Assembly: GCF_001194135.2 (NCBI RefSeq)
Contig: NC_068992.1
Coordinates: forward strand, 51,969,922-52,033,921
DNA: 64,000 bases
From: Octopus bimaculoides
Taxonomy: Eukaryota
Reading direction: 5' to 3'
In this document: positions 12,528 to 25,956 of the stretch, piece by piece
Position numbering within the stretch: the first letter of the stretch is position 1
Layout of the letters: each line of letters starts with the position of its first letter
The notes under the pieces: generated by a model
What the model saw: the letters and a program-made list of their open reading frames with translations, nothing else
Databases searched by the model: none
Told to the model about the DNA's origin: nothing
Program-made: the position numbers and the translations under genes

Positions 12528-14742
12528 ACCTTAATCTTATCTTTAATAATGGCAGGAGAATCTCTTACTTCAACTTATTTAATAACAACAGGTCTCCAAC
12601 AGATGGCAGCTTCATGGAAAACATTTTATATACTTATAATCCTGAAGTTTTATATATTTATAATCCAGAAATAAGCCTAGCAAAACATTTGATTTGTACC
12701 CCCACCCCCAAGTCATTTGTCTTAAATAGTAAGACAATGTAAATAAGGAATTTCTGGCACTGTTTGGTTAAGCCTTTTCCAATAAATGTTAGGATAGGGA
12801 AATTTTACAAGAGTTATTCCATGAAACTCAGTTACATGCATAGTTCCAACATGAAGCACCATAAACACGACAATCTTTGCTATTCAAGTAGGAAGATGGA
12901 CACTCAATTCAAACAAACATCTTATAACCTCAGCTCACCCTTCAGACACAATGTTAGCTAGCTATATTTAGAAACTAAGAGAAATGGAAACATCACAAGA
13001 ACAGATGAGAGATTTAGAAAGATAGAGGCCATATATCAATGGATAAAAGCATTCAGGCTTTGGAAAATATAATACAAAATATTTTATTTTGATTAAAATA
13101 ACCTGGGAATTTACAAAACATATGAAACTAATTATTTAGAAGATGCATGCATCCTTATAAATTTATTCAAACTCAGTAGAAAATACTGCAATTTCTAAAT
13201 AGGCCTTTCACGCACTTCCACAATTTCACATCTCGGGTATTACTTTTGTATAAATAACCTCACCAGTTTTTGTATATGTTAATGCATGTTTGTATGTATG
13301 TGTGTCAGTGTGAATGTATATATTCACATTTTATTAATTTTTGTTTTTTAATATTTGTGTTTTTACGGATACAAATATCCAAAGGATTTCATCTCACTTT
13401 TAAAATACTTGATTTATTTCCTCTTACACATATAATTTTTTTTTTTTTCATTATAACTGGTAAATGCAGGTTTCCCTAAAATTAATCATCTCATATTCTC
13501 AGTAGCCATATTGTTTCTCAATCTAATGATTTGCTAATGCAGCCACAGATTTAATTCTTCCTCAGAAAACACAGCATGCATTTGCAAAAAACTGAAGTTG
13601 TCACTGCAGTAGTCTCAGTACTATATAAAGATTGCTAACTTATCTAACTGTTCAATGAATCAACTCCTTTCTACTTGTTGAAAATAAGCCACTCAAACAC
13701 ACACACACAGATATAGATTGTTTGAAGTGATATACAAATTTTATGTATTAAGTAAAAGGAGGTGTTCAGAATTTTGGATAATTATTTATTTAGTGTTTTC
13801 ATCTCCTTTTGAGAGAATCATCATGAATGATTTATTTGCAGAAAATTCATTAACTGGAAAAATCTGTAGTTGGGAAAAGAATGTTCTGGGTCATTTTGAA
13901 TGTGTGTGCGCGTGTGTGTGTGTGTAAGTATGCGTGGGTATGGTGTAGTTTTGGAAGCTTGATTAGAGAGAGAAAAAAGAATAAAAGAAAAGAAGACAGG
14001 AAGAAAGAAGGAAACACCCAAAGATGACCCCAAAATACTGGAAAGCAATGGAACTACATTTCATCAAAACCTTACCTAAACTAAATATATATATATAAAG
14101 AAATAATATATATATTTATAAACACATGAGAAATCCTTATTGAATTGTTCTCCTTATTGTTACCAAAACACTGGAAAAATTCACATAAGCAACCAACTCA
14201 TAACACAGTCACACTCTGTCACACACGTGCTTAAAAACACACATGCACACACATACATGCATAAAAATGTTCGAAAACAATTTCATTGAGTTTATTTTCT
14301 GCAGTAGGATAACATAACAACTGAGAAAAAAATACAATGTCTATAAGAAAACTGACCTCTTCGACTGTCATTAGAACCCTTTCTATAGCTGGGTAGCACG
14401 ACAACTGAGAAAAAAATTCAATGAAATTTCAATGATCTCAGAAAAAGACTCCTTTCTCTCTTACTTTTTTCTTTCTTTCCTTTTTCATTTTTCTCTCTCT
14501 AACCAACCCTCCAAAAATTTTCCAAATACACACACATATAGATACAAAATGAAAAAGAACATACTCTCCCCAATTCAATGTCAGATGCTTTGAAGTAGCT
14601 CACTTTTTATACAAAAGATATGAATTTTCTGTAAATAATCATTCATGATGACTCACTAAAAGGAGATGATAGTGCTAAATTATCAGAAATTCTGACTACC
14701 TCATTTCTTTTAATATATGTATTCACACACACACACACCATG

Positions 14743-14798
<56 letters not shown>

Positions 14799-15094
14799 AG
14801 CTCATGGCTTAATGGTTAGGGCATTCAATTCACGATCGTAAGTTCAATTCCTGGTGATGCGTTGTGTCCTTGAGCAACATACTTTATTTCACATTGCCCC
14901 AGTCCACTCAGCTGGCAAAAACGAGTAGTACCTGTATTTCAAAGGGCCAGCCTTGTCACACTCTGTGTCATGCTGAATCTCCCTGAGAACTATGTTAAGG
15001 GTACACGTGTCTGTGGAGTGCTCAGCCACTTGCATGTTAATTTCATGAGCAAGCTATTTTCTGTTGATCGTATTGTTGTAACTGATGGAGAGCT
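14799..15094 (+). mobile_element. tRNA-headed SINE family D
   Basis: Head CTCATGGCTTAATGGTTAGG...GTTCAATTCCTGG...GTGTCCTTGAGCAA. The body matches the reverse complement of 41665-42011. Confidence 0.8.
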
Positions 15095-15095
15095 C

Positions 15096-15161
<66 letters not shown>

Positions 15162-15479
15162 CCCCCCCCCCACACACACACAGATATACAGACACAAGCG
15201 CATATATTCGAGAAATGTGTCAATATTTTGCAACTTCCTATCAAGATGTCAAGAAGTAATACCCAGTCATTAACTTTGTACAAATAAATCTATTAAGAAA
15301 ATTTCAGTGCCAAAAATGGAGAACTGTGGATAATGAGATCCTGGCCTTCAAACTAATTTTGATCTACTTCCAATTCCTGTCTCAAAACTAATTTTCAATA
15401 ACATGTCAGCAGTTAGAATTGTAGCATGTTGAGTTGATCGCATGGCATGAGATGAAGAGTGACTGGTTCATATAACCAA

Positions 15480-15570
15480 ATCAGTGCTGTATGGTGTTCT
15501 TGTACGATCAGTCTATCTTGATATTAGTAAATGTTATGAGAAAGTAGATCACACTGCAGGAAAGAACAAC
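15480..15570 (+). pseudogene. Ancient non-LTR reverse transcriptase fragment
   Basis: 15508 onward translates as SVYLDISKCYEKVDH, resembling the xxFLDxSKAFDKVDH RT motif of CR1/L2-type LINEs. Confidence 0.5.
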
Positions 15571-16219
15571 AGGGAAACTGTGAAAATTAACTGAATATTG
15601 TGTAACTTTACAGTGTTAGCATAGATCAAATCCTAAAAAGAACTTGCAAGCTAGTAAAATTGCTCAAATGGCAGAAAATATAATAAGAAATATTATCAGC
15701 TAATCTTGAATCAATGAGATGTCTTTTTATTGAATTAAATGCCTAAGATAATGTCTTTTTATTAAAAGGAATGATGTCTTCATGGTCTCCTGATTTTTTT
15801 GTGGGGGATTTTTTTACTTGTCTCAGATGTTAGACGATTGCCATGCTGGGGCGCTACCTTCAAGAGTTTTAATCCAATGAATCGACTCAAGTCATTTAGA
15901 ATAAGTGCCAGGCTTAATTTGACTAAACATTCTTCAACGTGGTAGCCTAGCATGGCCACAATCTAATAAATGAAGCAAGTAAAAGATAAAAGATAAATAT
16001 ATATATATGTATATATATATATATGTATATAGCAAAGAATTACAAATTTGCACGAAGCGTAAAGATACTTAAAAGCATACACCTGCTAGAAATAAGAGCT
16101 AAAGTCTTAATTAAACCACCGTACAGCACCAAGATAAGAGAGAAAAACAGTATGCAAGGAAAATGGAAAGAATTAATACATTCAAAAGCACAAAATAAAA
16201 TATTACTATGTATTGTTAA

Positions 16220-16468
16220 CCCTTTACCTTTATCGTGAGATGTATTGTTAACTCTGATGTGAACATTATTCTGTCAAAAGTAATGCTTAATTATCCACAT
16301 TGATTTGAATTAATCTGCACTATGTTGTAGCTTCAAGATTTTGATGAAGTAACTGTTAATTGTTAGAATGATATTGTAAGGTTGGTTTTAGAGGCTAGAT
16401 TTAGCCAGTTTGAACATAAGATGGATGGAACAGTTTGGCTAGATATGGCTGGTTTAAATGCCAAAGGG
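16220..16468. mobile_element. piggyBac-like MITE
   Basis: TTAA|CCCTTT ... AAAGGG|TTAA: terminal inverted repeats with a TTAA target duplication (16216-19 and 16469-72). Confidence 0.8.
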
Positions 16469-17024
16469 TTAAAGAAATTCTTCTAACTCATTTTTGATAA
16501 TTATAACGTTTATTTATCAAATTAACACAAATCAGTAAAATTTGTAAGAAAGGAGTATAGTTGGGACTAGTAACCCCAAATCTTCTCTGGTGTTTATTCT
16601 ATCAATTATGGAAAAAACGAAGAAAGTCAATGCGTAGCAGTCTTAGCAAAATTTGAACTCAGAAAGGAAATGGATATAATGGAATAACCCATGGCACTTG
16701 ATGTTTGGCAAGCTGCCATTTCTGTCACTCACTGCCTTTATCTAATTATAACATTTGTGTTAATAAAGACCAACAGATTTTATAATATTCAACTCTTGCA
16801 ACTGTTTTCGATCAATCAAAAAAGATTATTGCCTTATCTTCAAATGGGAGAAGATAATACTTCTAAATTCTGACATCGTTGACATAAAACTACATAGTTG
16901 TTCCAAAATGTGAGTTGAATTGTCCTGATGTCATTACTGGTATTTATATTATTATCATTCGTTGTTGATTGCTTCCAACAGGATTTAACTCATACAATTT
17001 GTGAAATCAATATATAATGTGTGT

Positions 17025-17237
17025 AAGGCATCATGCTGTCAGAATCATTACTGGATCAGGCAAAATGTTTAGCTGCATTTCATCCATCTTTATGTTCTGA
17101 GTTCAAATTTCACCAAAGTCTACTTTGCCATTTCTCCTTTCGAGTTCAATGAATTAAGTACCAAGTTGATTACTGGGGTTGATGTAATCAATTTACTCCT
17201 CCCTTGAAATTAGTGGCCTTATGCCAAAATTTGAAAG
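17025..17237 (+). mobile_element. SINE family C copy
   Basis: AAGGC...TTCTGAGTTCAAATT...AAGTACCAAG...GGGGTTGATGTAATC...GCCAAAATTTGAAA. Confidence 0.75.
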
Positions 17238-17569
17238 CAATATACATTGTATGTACACACTATGGCCAAGTAGCCAAGTGGTTAAAAAACACTGTTACTC
17301 AACTGTGAGGCTTTAAATTCAGTCTCACTGCAGGGCAAGTGATATTTACGACTGTCTCAAATATACCCAGGTCATGTGAGTGACACTGGTTAGATAGAAA
17401 TTGTGTAGAATTCCATCTAATAAACTGCACCTGTTCTTGGACTGTCTATTTTCTTGGATTGATCTGTGAATCCATCTAAGACACAGTTTATTTTAAGGGA
17501 GCAAAAATCTATGGAAGATCCATCTATTTACATTCTCATTCAGTGAGGAGATATTTCCATTGAATGAAC

Positions 17570-17776
17570 GCCATTCAGATTACCCTGTCAAATATAATGT
17601 TTATTTATTCACATGATTTTGAATTGATCATGCATTACCTTAAAGCTTTGAGTTTTCAATGACATGATTGTATAGTTTTAGAATTTTTGTGTGAGGCCTG
17701 ATCTAGCTGGTTTGAACACAAATCAGATAGAACATTTGGGCTGGATAATGGTTGGTTTAAGTGCTGAAGGGTTAAA
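17570..17776. mobile_element. Second piggyBac-like MITE, one end truncated
   Basis: Interior resembles 16250-16468 and ends AAGGGTTAA. Confidence 0.65.
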
Positions 17777-19004
17777 TGCCACCATGTTTCAAACCACAAC
17801 TACTTGCATGATACAAAATTTCCCACCTCACATTCAAACACTTATTGCAGCAGTCATTCAATTCTCCTAAGCCCTGTAAAAGAAATTCAACTAGGCATTT
17901 GCAATTCCCTTAAAACCTAGAACTTTTCAGCACTCCCTCATATATATATATNNNNNNNNNNCTCAGATTTATACATATATTACAGTGGTGTTTCAATTTT
18001 CCTAAGCTTTATAAAAGAAATCAGGAGGTTGAGTCTGCAACCAGGTCTTTCATGATATCCATAAAGCTAGGAACTTTACAGCAACCTCCTCATAAAAGAT
18101 AAAAGTTGATTTCCAAAATCAATTGAAACAAAGCCTGCATATTTCGACAGAAATATGGCAATAAATGTGTTAAAAGTACACAGCAAAGACTGACAGCAAA
18201 ATCTACTTATTGGTTTCTGACTTAATCCAGAATAATCCTCTTTATAATTGGTAGGTTTCATTGGAATTATAAAATTCCAAATTTCTTAAAAGTCTGAATT
18301 TTAAGAAATCCAACACATTAATTAAATTAGTTGCTGTAAAAGAAAACTCTATGTTTACTGTTTGATCTCAATAGATTTATTCAATATTTTCTAGGTTTGC
18401 TTATCTTTCAGGTATGATTATAATCTCCATCAGCATCACCAACCATATTTTTAGTTCAATTAAATTGAAAATGAAATATGAAATAGCAGAATAAAAAAAA
18501 TAAATAAATAAAAACAAGAAGGAAAAGACATTTAAGTGTGAAATACGAATCAAGTAATGAAAAATATTGTCTTTCCTGTTAGGATTCTGTCTGAAAGATG
18601 AAGAAAGATAACCAATCAAAAGAAAATTCTTAAATGGAATTTGCATATTCTTTGTTAGAGACAAGTCAATAAAATTTACTTATAAAATATTAAAATCAAA
18701 ACTTATTTGTTGGATAAGAAGTTTGAGTATTAAATATTGCTATCTGCACCAATTTGTCTCCAATGCTCTCATCCTGGTTTTCATGATAAAGCTTTAGAAT
18801 TTCTCACATGAATGTCACTGAAATATTGTAAAATTTATCTTCATAAACCTACGAGAAAAGAAATAAAAATAGGAAAAAAGAAGGAAAAAATATCCTTCTT
18901 TCAAAGTTGATTTCAAATACCTAAAATTAATTATGAATGATGTAAGAGAATATGAGAGACTGTCTTCTAATTGCTTGCAAGATAATATTTGTTGCAAAAG
19001 TAAA

Positions 19005-19235
19005 TATCTTTTATCTTTCTTGATTCAGTTATTAGACTGTGGCCATGCTGGGGCATCACTTTGAAACATTTTTAGCTGAATGAATCGACAGTAATGCTTA
19101 CTTTTGTTTGTTCAGTTAGATACTCTATCAGTCACCTTTGCTAAAGTGCAAGGTTGCAAGGACATAAACACACCACCACCAGTCGTCAGGCTGTGATGGG
19201 GGACAAATACAGACACAAAGACAAACCCACACACG
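19005..19235 (-). mobile_element. SINE family A, 3' half
   Basis: GACTGTGGCCATGCTGGGGC...GGACATAAACACACC...GGGGGACAAATACAGACAC. Confidence 0.75.
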
Positions 19236-19330
19236 TTGTTCGAAAATGTTTGTTTTCTATGTTCTTGTTTCTCCTTTTGTTCATGGTTTTCTTGATTCCT
19301 GTACCCATGTATGCATGCATATATATACAT

Positions 19331-19364
<34 letters not shown>

Positions 19365-20026
19365 GTAGGTACGTACATATATGTATGTATATATGCATAT
19401 ATTTATATATTATTTATAGAGAATAGAGTATTCTTTACTCTTAACTGTGAAACAATCGTACTAAATTAACTAAAGGCAGGTGGTTTTTTACTCTTCTCTA
19501 CTGNNNNNNNNNNNNNNNNNNNNNNNNNNNNNNNNNNNNNNNNNNNNNNNNNNNNNNNNNNNNNNNNNNNNNNNNNNNNNNNNNNNNNNNNNNNNNNNNN
19601 NNNNNNNNNNNNNNNNNNNNNNNNNNNNNNNNNNNNNNNNNNNNNNNNNNNNNNNNNNNNNNNNNNNNNNNNNNNNNNNNNNNNNNNNNNNNNNNNNNNN
19701 NNNNNNNNNNNNNNNNNNNNNNNNNNNNNNNNNNNNNNNNNNNNNNNNNNNNNNNNNNNNNNNNNNNNNNNNNNNNNNNNNNNNNNNNNNNNNNNNNNNN
19801 NNNNNNNNNNNNNNNNNNNNNNNNNNNNNNNNNNNNNNNNNNNNNNNNNNNNNNNNNNNNNNNNNNNNNNNNNNNNNNNNNNNNNNNNNNNNNNNNNNNN
19901 NNNNNNNNNNNNNNNNNNNNNNNNNNNNNNNNNNNNNNNNNNNNNNNNNNNNNNNNNNNNNNNNNNNNNNNNNNNNNNNNNNNNNNNNNNNNNNNNNNNN
20001 NNNNNNNNNNNNNNNNNNNNNNNNNN

Positions 20027-20059
<33 letters not shown>

Positions 20060-20799
20060 ATGTATGTATGTATGTATAGTTCAAATTTATAGACAAACAA
20101 AGAGGTGTAGGAACAACAAGCATGTTCATAAAAAATGGAATAGTCTTTTATGTTTTGAGCTTATGCTCTTCTGTAGAAAGGAATAAGAGGAACAAAAAAT
20201 ACGTAGCTCCAACACACACAAAATGTTTCTATGGGGAACGTGAAGAGTAAGATTTTCATGCTAAAAATACATAGGAAACTTTGATGTTCATGTATTTTTC
20301 CCAGGAACCAAAACAACATTGCAAATGAAATGAAACAGAAGCTGTTAAAATGTAAACATCCTTCAATGGCATATTGCATACATAACAGAGTGTGTGTGTG
20401 TCTGTGTGTTGCTAGCCACAGTTGCTACGTCAGACATACATGTGTGCATCTAGCTAGCTGCAGTTGTTATGTCAATACAGAACGTTGACATTGAAAAACC
20501 TTTTTAAATATGTTAATCTTATCTAAAGCAATATTATTTATCTTTAATAAAAAAAAATAAACCAAGAATACATTATTGTATCCTGGGTCAAATTATTCAT
20601 GCACCCCAAGTATGAAACCAATTTGTGCAGCAGTTTTCATGTAAAATTCGAACATGCACACACTCACAGGTCATTTTAATATATGAGATAAATTCCTTCC
20701 GTTACACCTGTTCTAATTTGTCTGTCTTTCTACAGTAACACAGACATATGTACACACACACACACATATATGCATGCATACATACATACACATACATAC

Positions 20800-20945
20800 T
20801 GTTGTGTCGACGCCCCCAAGTGAAGAAGTAGGATCGCCCAAGACATAGAGGTAGTCTGGCCGCGGTAAGAATTGAGTAGCACTCGTGTAGCGGTTGAGTA
20901 GAGATCATCTGAAGGTGCTACATAGCAGTAGCTTGAGACATAACA
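20800..20945. mobile_element. 146-bp GC-rich insert with LTR-like TG...CA termini
   Basis: TGTTGTGTC...GACATAACA (8/9 inverted), flanked by CATAC on both sides inside a (CATA)n tract. Confidence 0.55.
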
Positions 20946-21771
20946 CATACATACATACATATATATACGTAACCATCCGTACATACATATACATGTATGC
21001 GCATGTGTGTGTGAATTTTATTTAATTTATAGAAAATGTATAAATGTAAAATATATTTTAATGACAATTTTCATTAATATCAATTAAAACTATAGTGCAT
21101 ACGTCATGGCAGATATCCTGATTTCTTCTATCAATGAAGAACTGTGATTTCAAAACAACTGAAATTTTTGTAGGTTTCTTAAAGACAAACTGATATTGTC
21201 TTCATTGCAGAAACCACAAACAAGAAAGTCATTAATACAAATATTTAAATCTAACAAGTGCAGACACGTTTGTATGTCCTATAGAATCTGAAGAAATGAG
21301 ATTAGAAGACAAGTGAAAAGCAGTTGAGGTTTAAGCAATATATTTGACTATAGCGAGCAATTAATTGGATTTTACCATAGCATTGCTATAAGACAATTTC
21401 GTGTCCTGATGACAAATAAAGCATACATCGTAATAGTCGTTCTCTTCTTCCTCGTCCTCCTTTTCATTTTGAACATCCACTTTCTATGCTTGCATCAGTT
21501 TCATGGATTTTGTTTGGGGAGCTCTTGTACAGATGGATGCCCGTACTGTCACCAACACTCACGGGCTTCCTAACAAGGTATGAGGAGGGACATACTTCCC
21601 TGGAAGATTGGAAATGAACGACACTATTTGTGATAGTGGCGCATATTTATAATAATCGAGTGATGTAATGAAAAAGAGACACAAACTGCCACAGCCACAC
21701 TCATATGTCTATTTATCACTCACCATATTTCATTTCATAATGGCTACCTCTAAAAAGCTCAGGGTTACATA

Positions 21772-22186
21772 CAGGGGTTGAACAAAATAATGGAAACACC
21801 TAGCATCATAGTATCATAATTTTGAAATATCTATAAAACCATCAAAAGCTTGTTTATTTTTGTGTTTTTTTTTTTATTTATTATTAGTGTTGCTTAAAAT
21901 GTTTTGCTAACATTGCTGTTACTTTTCAGATATCATTAGAAAAAGGTAATTAAAATTCATTGAAATGACAGAGCTATCGGACTTTCAAAGAGGTCAAATT
22001 GTTGCTGCTCATATGACAGGCGCTAATGTAACAAAAACAGTTGAAATGTTTGGTATGTCAAGAAGTACTGCTTTGAAAATAATGACAGCCTTTGAGAAAG
22101 AGGGAAATACCTCCTCATAGAAACAAAACTCTTGAAGAAAACCAAAACTTTTAGACAGGGTCCATCAGACTCTTATGCACATTGTT
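21772..22186 (+). mobile_element. Tc1-like transposon 5' fragment (left TIR plus pseudogenised HTH region)
   Basis: TA|CAGGGGTTGAACAAAATAATGGAAACAC. From 21965: MTELSDFQRGQIVAAHMTGANVTKTVEMFGMSRSTALKIMTAFEKEGNTSS*KQNS*RKPKLLDR, a typical Tc1 N-terminus with two stops. Confidence 0.88.
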
Positions 22187-24019
22187 CAATATATATACAT
22201 ATATAATTGCTAAATATATATATGTGTGTATGTGTGTGTGTGTGTGTGTATATGTTTATGCATTTATNNNNNNNNNNNNNNNNNNNNNNNNNNNNNNNNN
22301 NNNNNNNNNNNNNNNNNNNNNNNNNNNNNNNNNNNNNNNNNNNNNNNNNNNNNNNNNNNNNNNNNNNNNNNNNNNNNNNNNNNNNNNNNNNNNNNNNTAT
22401 ATATATATGTATGTATATATATATATATACGTTTATACATATACATTTAGATCACTATATGTGGATTCAAGTAATCCAGTAGTACTCATAGAAAAAGCTC
22501 TTAATGTGTCATTCTACAAAGCATATAGAATGTATAGTATGATAGAAGAAAAAAACGGTAGGGAGTATAAAGTCATAAATGACAGAGAACCAAATGACAG
22601 ATGGAATCTTATTTAACAGTAAGAAAATTCTAATATCACGTCTATTTTATAACTTAAAAAGATGTAAATAATTTATATACATAAAAACACACGTGTATGT
22701 ATATATATATACATATGCATATATGATGGGCTTCTTTCAGTTCCCATCTACAAGATCCACCAACAAAGTTTTACTAGATGATATTTCCCAATATTGACGC
22801 ACAATACAACTGAAACCAAAGCTACGTAGATGGGAAACCAGCTTCTTGATCATGCAAACATGTCTGCGCACTGATAATGGAAATTAGCCCCTCCTTATAA
22901 ACCAAACAATAAAAAAAATTATATCCTGCAATCAACAGATACATTTGACCAATCCCAAGCAAAATCAAAGCCATCAGCGTTCCTACAATGACTTCATAGC
23001 AAGATCCATACTTGGACTCATATTGCATTCGTGCATCCATCATATATTGATGCAGCTTCATTTTTTTTTAAAGATTTTTTAAAGATCCCTTCCCTTCAAA
23101 CGCTCATACATTGAAATCAATGGCAGTGACTGTTATATGATTGTTCTTTCATTGAGTTATGTAGAGTATAACCTTGTTACATAGAAATTTTGGTACACAG
23201 TATCAAATTGGATTCAATTTATATGTACACTGGTTATTTACATGTTTCGTCCTCTTCACGTCATTTATATTGTGTCCACTCATCCAGGTTTCAGACTAAC
23301 CACTACACCCAGTTCTTCTTCACATTAATCACCACACATTTTTCTTGCAGCCATAGATTTGCGAATGCTTATGTGGAATAGAAACTATATCAAAATCTCA
23401 AAGGTCTCAGAGGGCCTGGAAACAAATTACTACAGACCAAACCGATGATATATTATTATCTTATTAATATCTACTTTCCAGCGCTTTCATTGGCCAGTCA
23501 AAGCATACTAACACAGTCTTCTATAGCCAGGTGCTTTTCAAGCAATGTAATATGTACACAAGTTCTTTGAATACAAATCGATCAAAGACTGGACATGTTT
23601 CAACAAAAGATGGCAAAATTTGGCAGTCTTTCAATGAATGGTGACATTGCTTACAGTTAGCATGCAAACAAATGCATACACACTCATATGGACACAGAAA
23701 TACACACACATCTAGAAGACTTTTTTGTAGTTTCTATCAACCAAATTCACTCACTAGGCTTTGCTCAACATAGGGGTATAGTAGAACAGTGACCATGCGG
23801 TACTAAAGTGGGATGAAAACTAAAATCTTGTGATATAAAGTATATATATATATATATATATATGCACGTGTGTGTGAGTGTATGTACACACACACACGTG
23901 TGTATATACACACTCACACACACGTAGATATATATACATATGTATATGTGTGTATNNNNNNNNNNNNNNNNNNNNNNNNNNNNNNNNNNNNNNNNNNNNN
24001 NNNNNNNNNNNNNNNNNNN

Positions 24020-24063
<44 letters not shown>

Positions 24064-24927
24064 TAAATATATATTATTTATATATAGTAATAATATTAGG
24101 GAATAAAAACTTATTCCAACCTTACAGGCAAAAATCGGTATGATATTACATCGTAATATATAATATATATGTATATAACTAATTTAGAGACGAACCACCA
24201 CTCTACAACTCAGTCAACTAAGAACCTGTCCAAAAACATGCTGTGAGGCATATACCGTATCGATATTTATCTAAGATTTCAATCTAAAATTTTAATAATA
24301 TATAATATATCATATAAAGAAACATTCATCATAAAAATATTAATTTAAAAATCAAAATTATAAACAGGACAGTAAAAATTAATACAAATATAAAGTGTGA
24401 AAGTATAAATGTATAAAAGTCAGTGCTAGTACATAGACTATGCGCATTTCATGGATGAAATAGAACTACAGAAAATCATAAGCAAATTCTATCCAAGTTC
24501 AATTAGAACGGGGAAATGATTTTACTCCCAAAATCCGCCACTCTTCAGGTCAAATTCCTAAAAAGAAAATACCTAAAATCATTCAAAGAATAAACATAAA
24601 CATGAGAAATAAAAATATATATAAAGAGAAAAAAAACTGTAAACTAATCCCTACGTTAACGGTATTAATATAATTATTAAGAGTTACAATCTAAAAATAT
24701 TGAAAAAGAGTATTATAGTGATCAAGGTTAAAACATTATGGAAGAAGTAAATGATAGTAAAAAAAAATGTGTTAGTGTATAAAGTTAATAAAAGACGTAT
24801 GTCAATATTGTTTAGAAAATTAAAATTAGAAAACATGACTTATCTGCCAGCGATTTACTGTAGATTAAACCAAAATGGGTTAATACCGCAAATGTAGGAA
24901 TTAGTTTACAGGTTTTGTCTCTTTATA

Positions 24928-25050
24928 CCCTAAAACCCTAAACCTAACTGTAATCCTAAAAACTTAACCCTAGCCTTGAAACCCTAGCCCTAGCCCTAAA
25001 ACCCTAACTCTAAAACCCTAACCCTAAAACCAAACCCTAACCCTAACCTA
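24928..25050. repeat. Degenerate interstitial (CCCTAA)n telomere-like tract
   Basis: Mixture of CCCTAA, CCCTAG, CCCTAAAA and CTCTAA units. Confidence 0.85.
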
Positions 25051-25070
25051 GTGGTCATCCCTTCTTATAC

Positions 25071-25122
<52 letters not shown>

Positions 25123-25922
25123 ATATATATGTGTGTGTGTGTATGTATATGTATATATTTATGTGTATATATATTCACGCACACATATTTTCACTCACAC
25201 ATATACACATACATATATATGTGTGTAGGTGTATGTAAATAAGTGCCTCACTGTGTGTATGTGTGTGTGTATGTGAGTGTGTGTGTGTGTATGTGAGTGT
25301 GTGCGTGCGTGTGTGTGTAATTTTTCTTAGATTTGTTCTCTGAAGATTGTCGAGCCATAAGTGTTACCAAGTGTTTCTTGGGAGAAGAAATTGCCATTTC
25401 TTCTCCCAAGAAATTATCAGTTGACTTTGCTTCTGTTAAGACTCGAGATGAAAGATTTCTTACAGGAAAATCAAATATGAACAAATGATAAGAGTGCAAC
25501 CAATTATAAAGCAAGTCCTCACTAACAAATTCCACTAATCCATTCTCACATAGAAAAACAAATGCCCAAATAATTCGTAAAAGGATTGTCATATAAAACT
25601 CATCCATATTAGCATTTTAACATTAGATTAAGTAAAAACTAAATCAGTTTGCAAAGTATGTCATATAATAAATAATTAATGAGATTTAAAGTGCAGTGAC
25701 AGAGAAAGTGAAAGAAAATTTTAACTGTTGCAGAATATTGCTATATATTGGTACATTTGTCTTTCGCATAAAACACATTATACATTACACTTCTAATGAA
25801 ATATATTCTCACCAATTACAAATTGTGACATTTCTGATAAAAATACTTTTGCTATCCTTCCTTGTGATATCTAATGTTTTCATCAAATTTTAAAATGAAG
25901 GAATTTTGACGATAATGAAATT

Positions 25923-25956
<34 letters not shown>

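Noticed and set aside
22822-23061. ORF with a hydrophobic stretch (VIVGTLMALILLGIGQMYLLIAG)
   Set aside because: Its 3' part runs into a SINE relic, it has no convincing splice sites, and hydrophobic runs are common in AT-rich frames.
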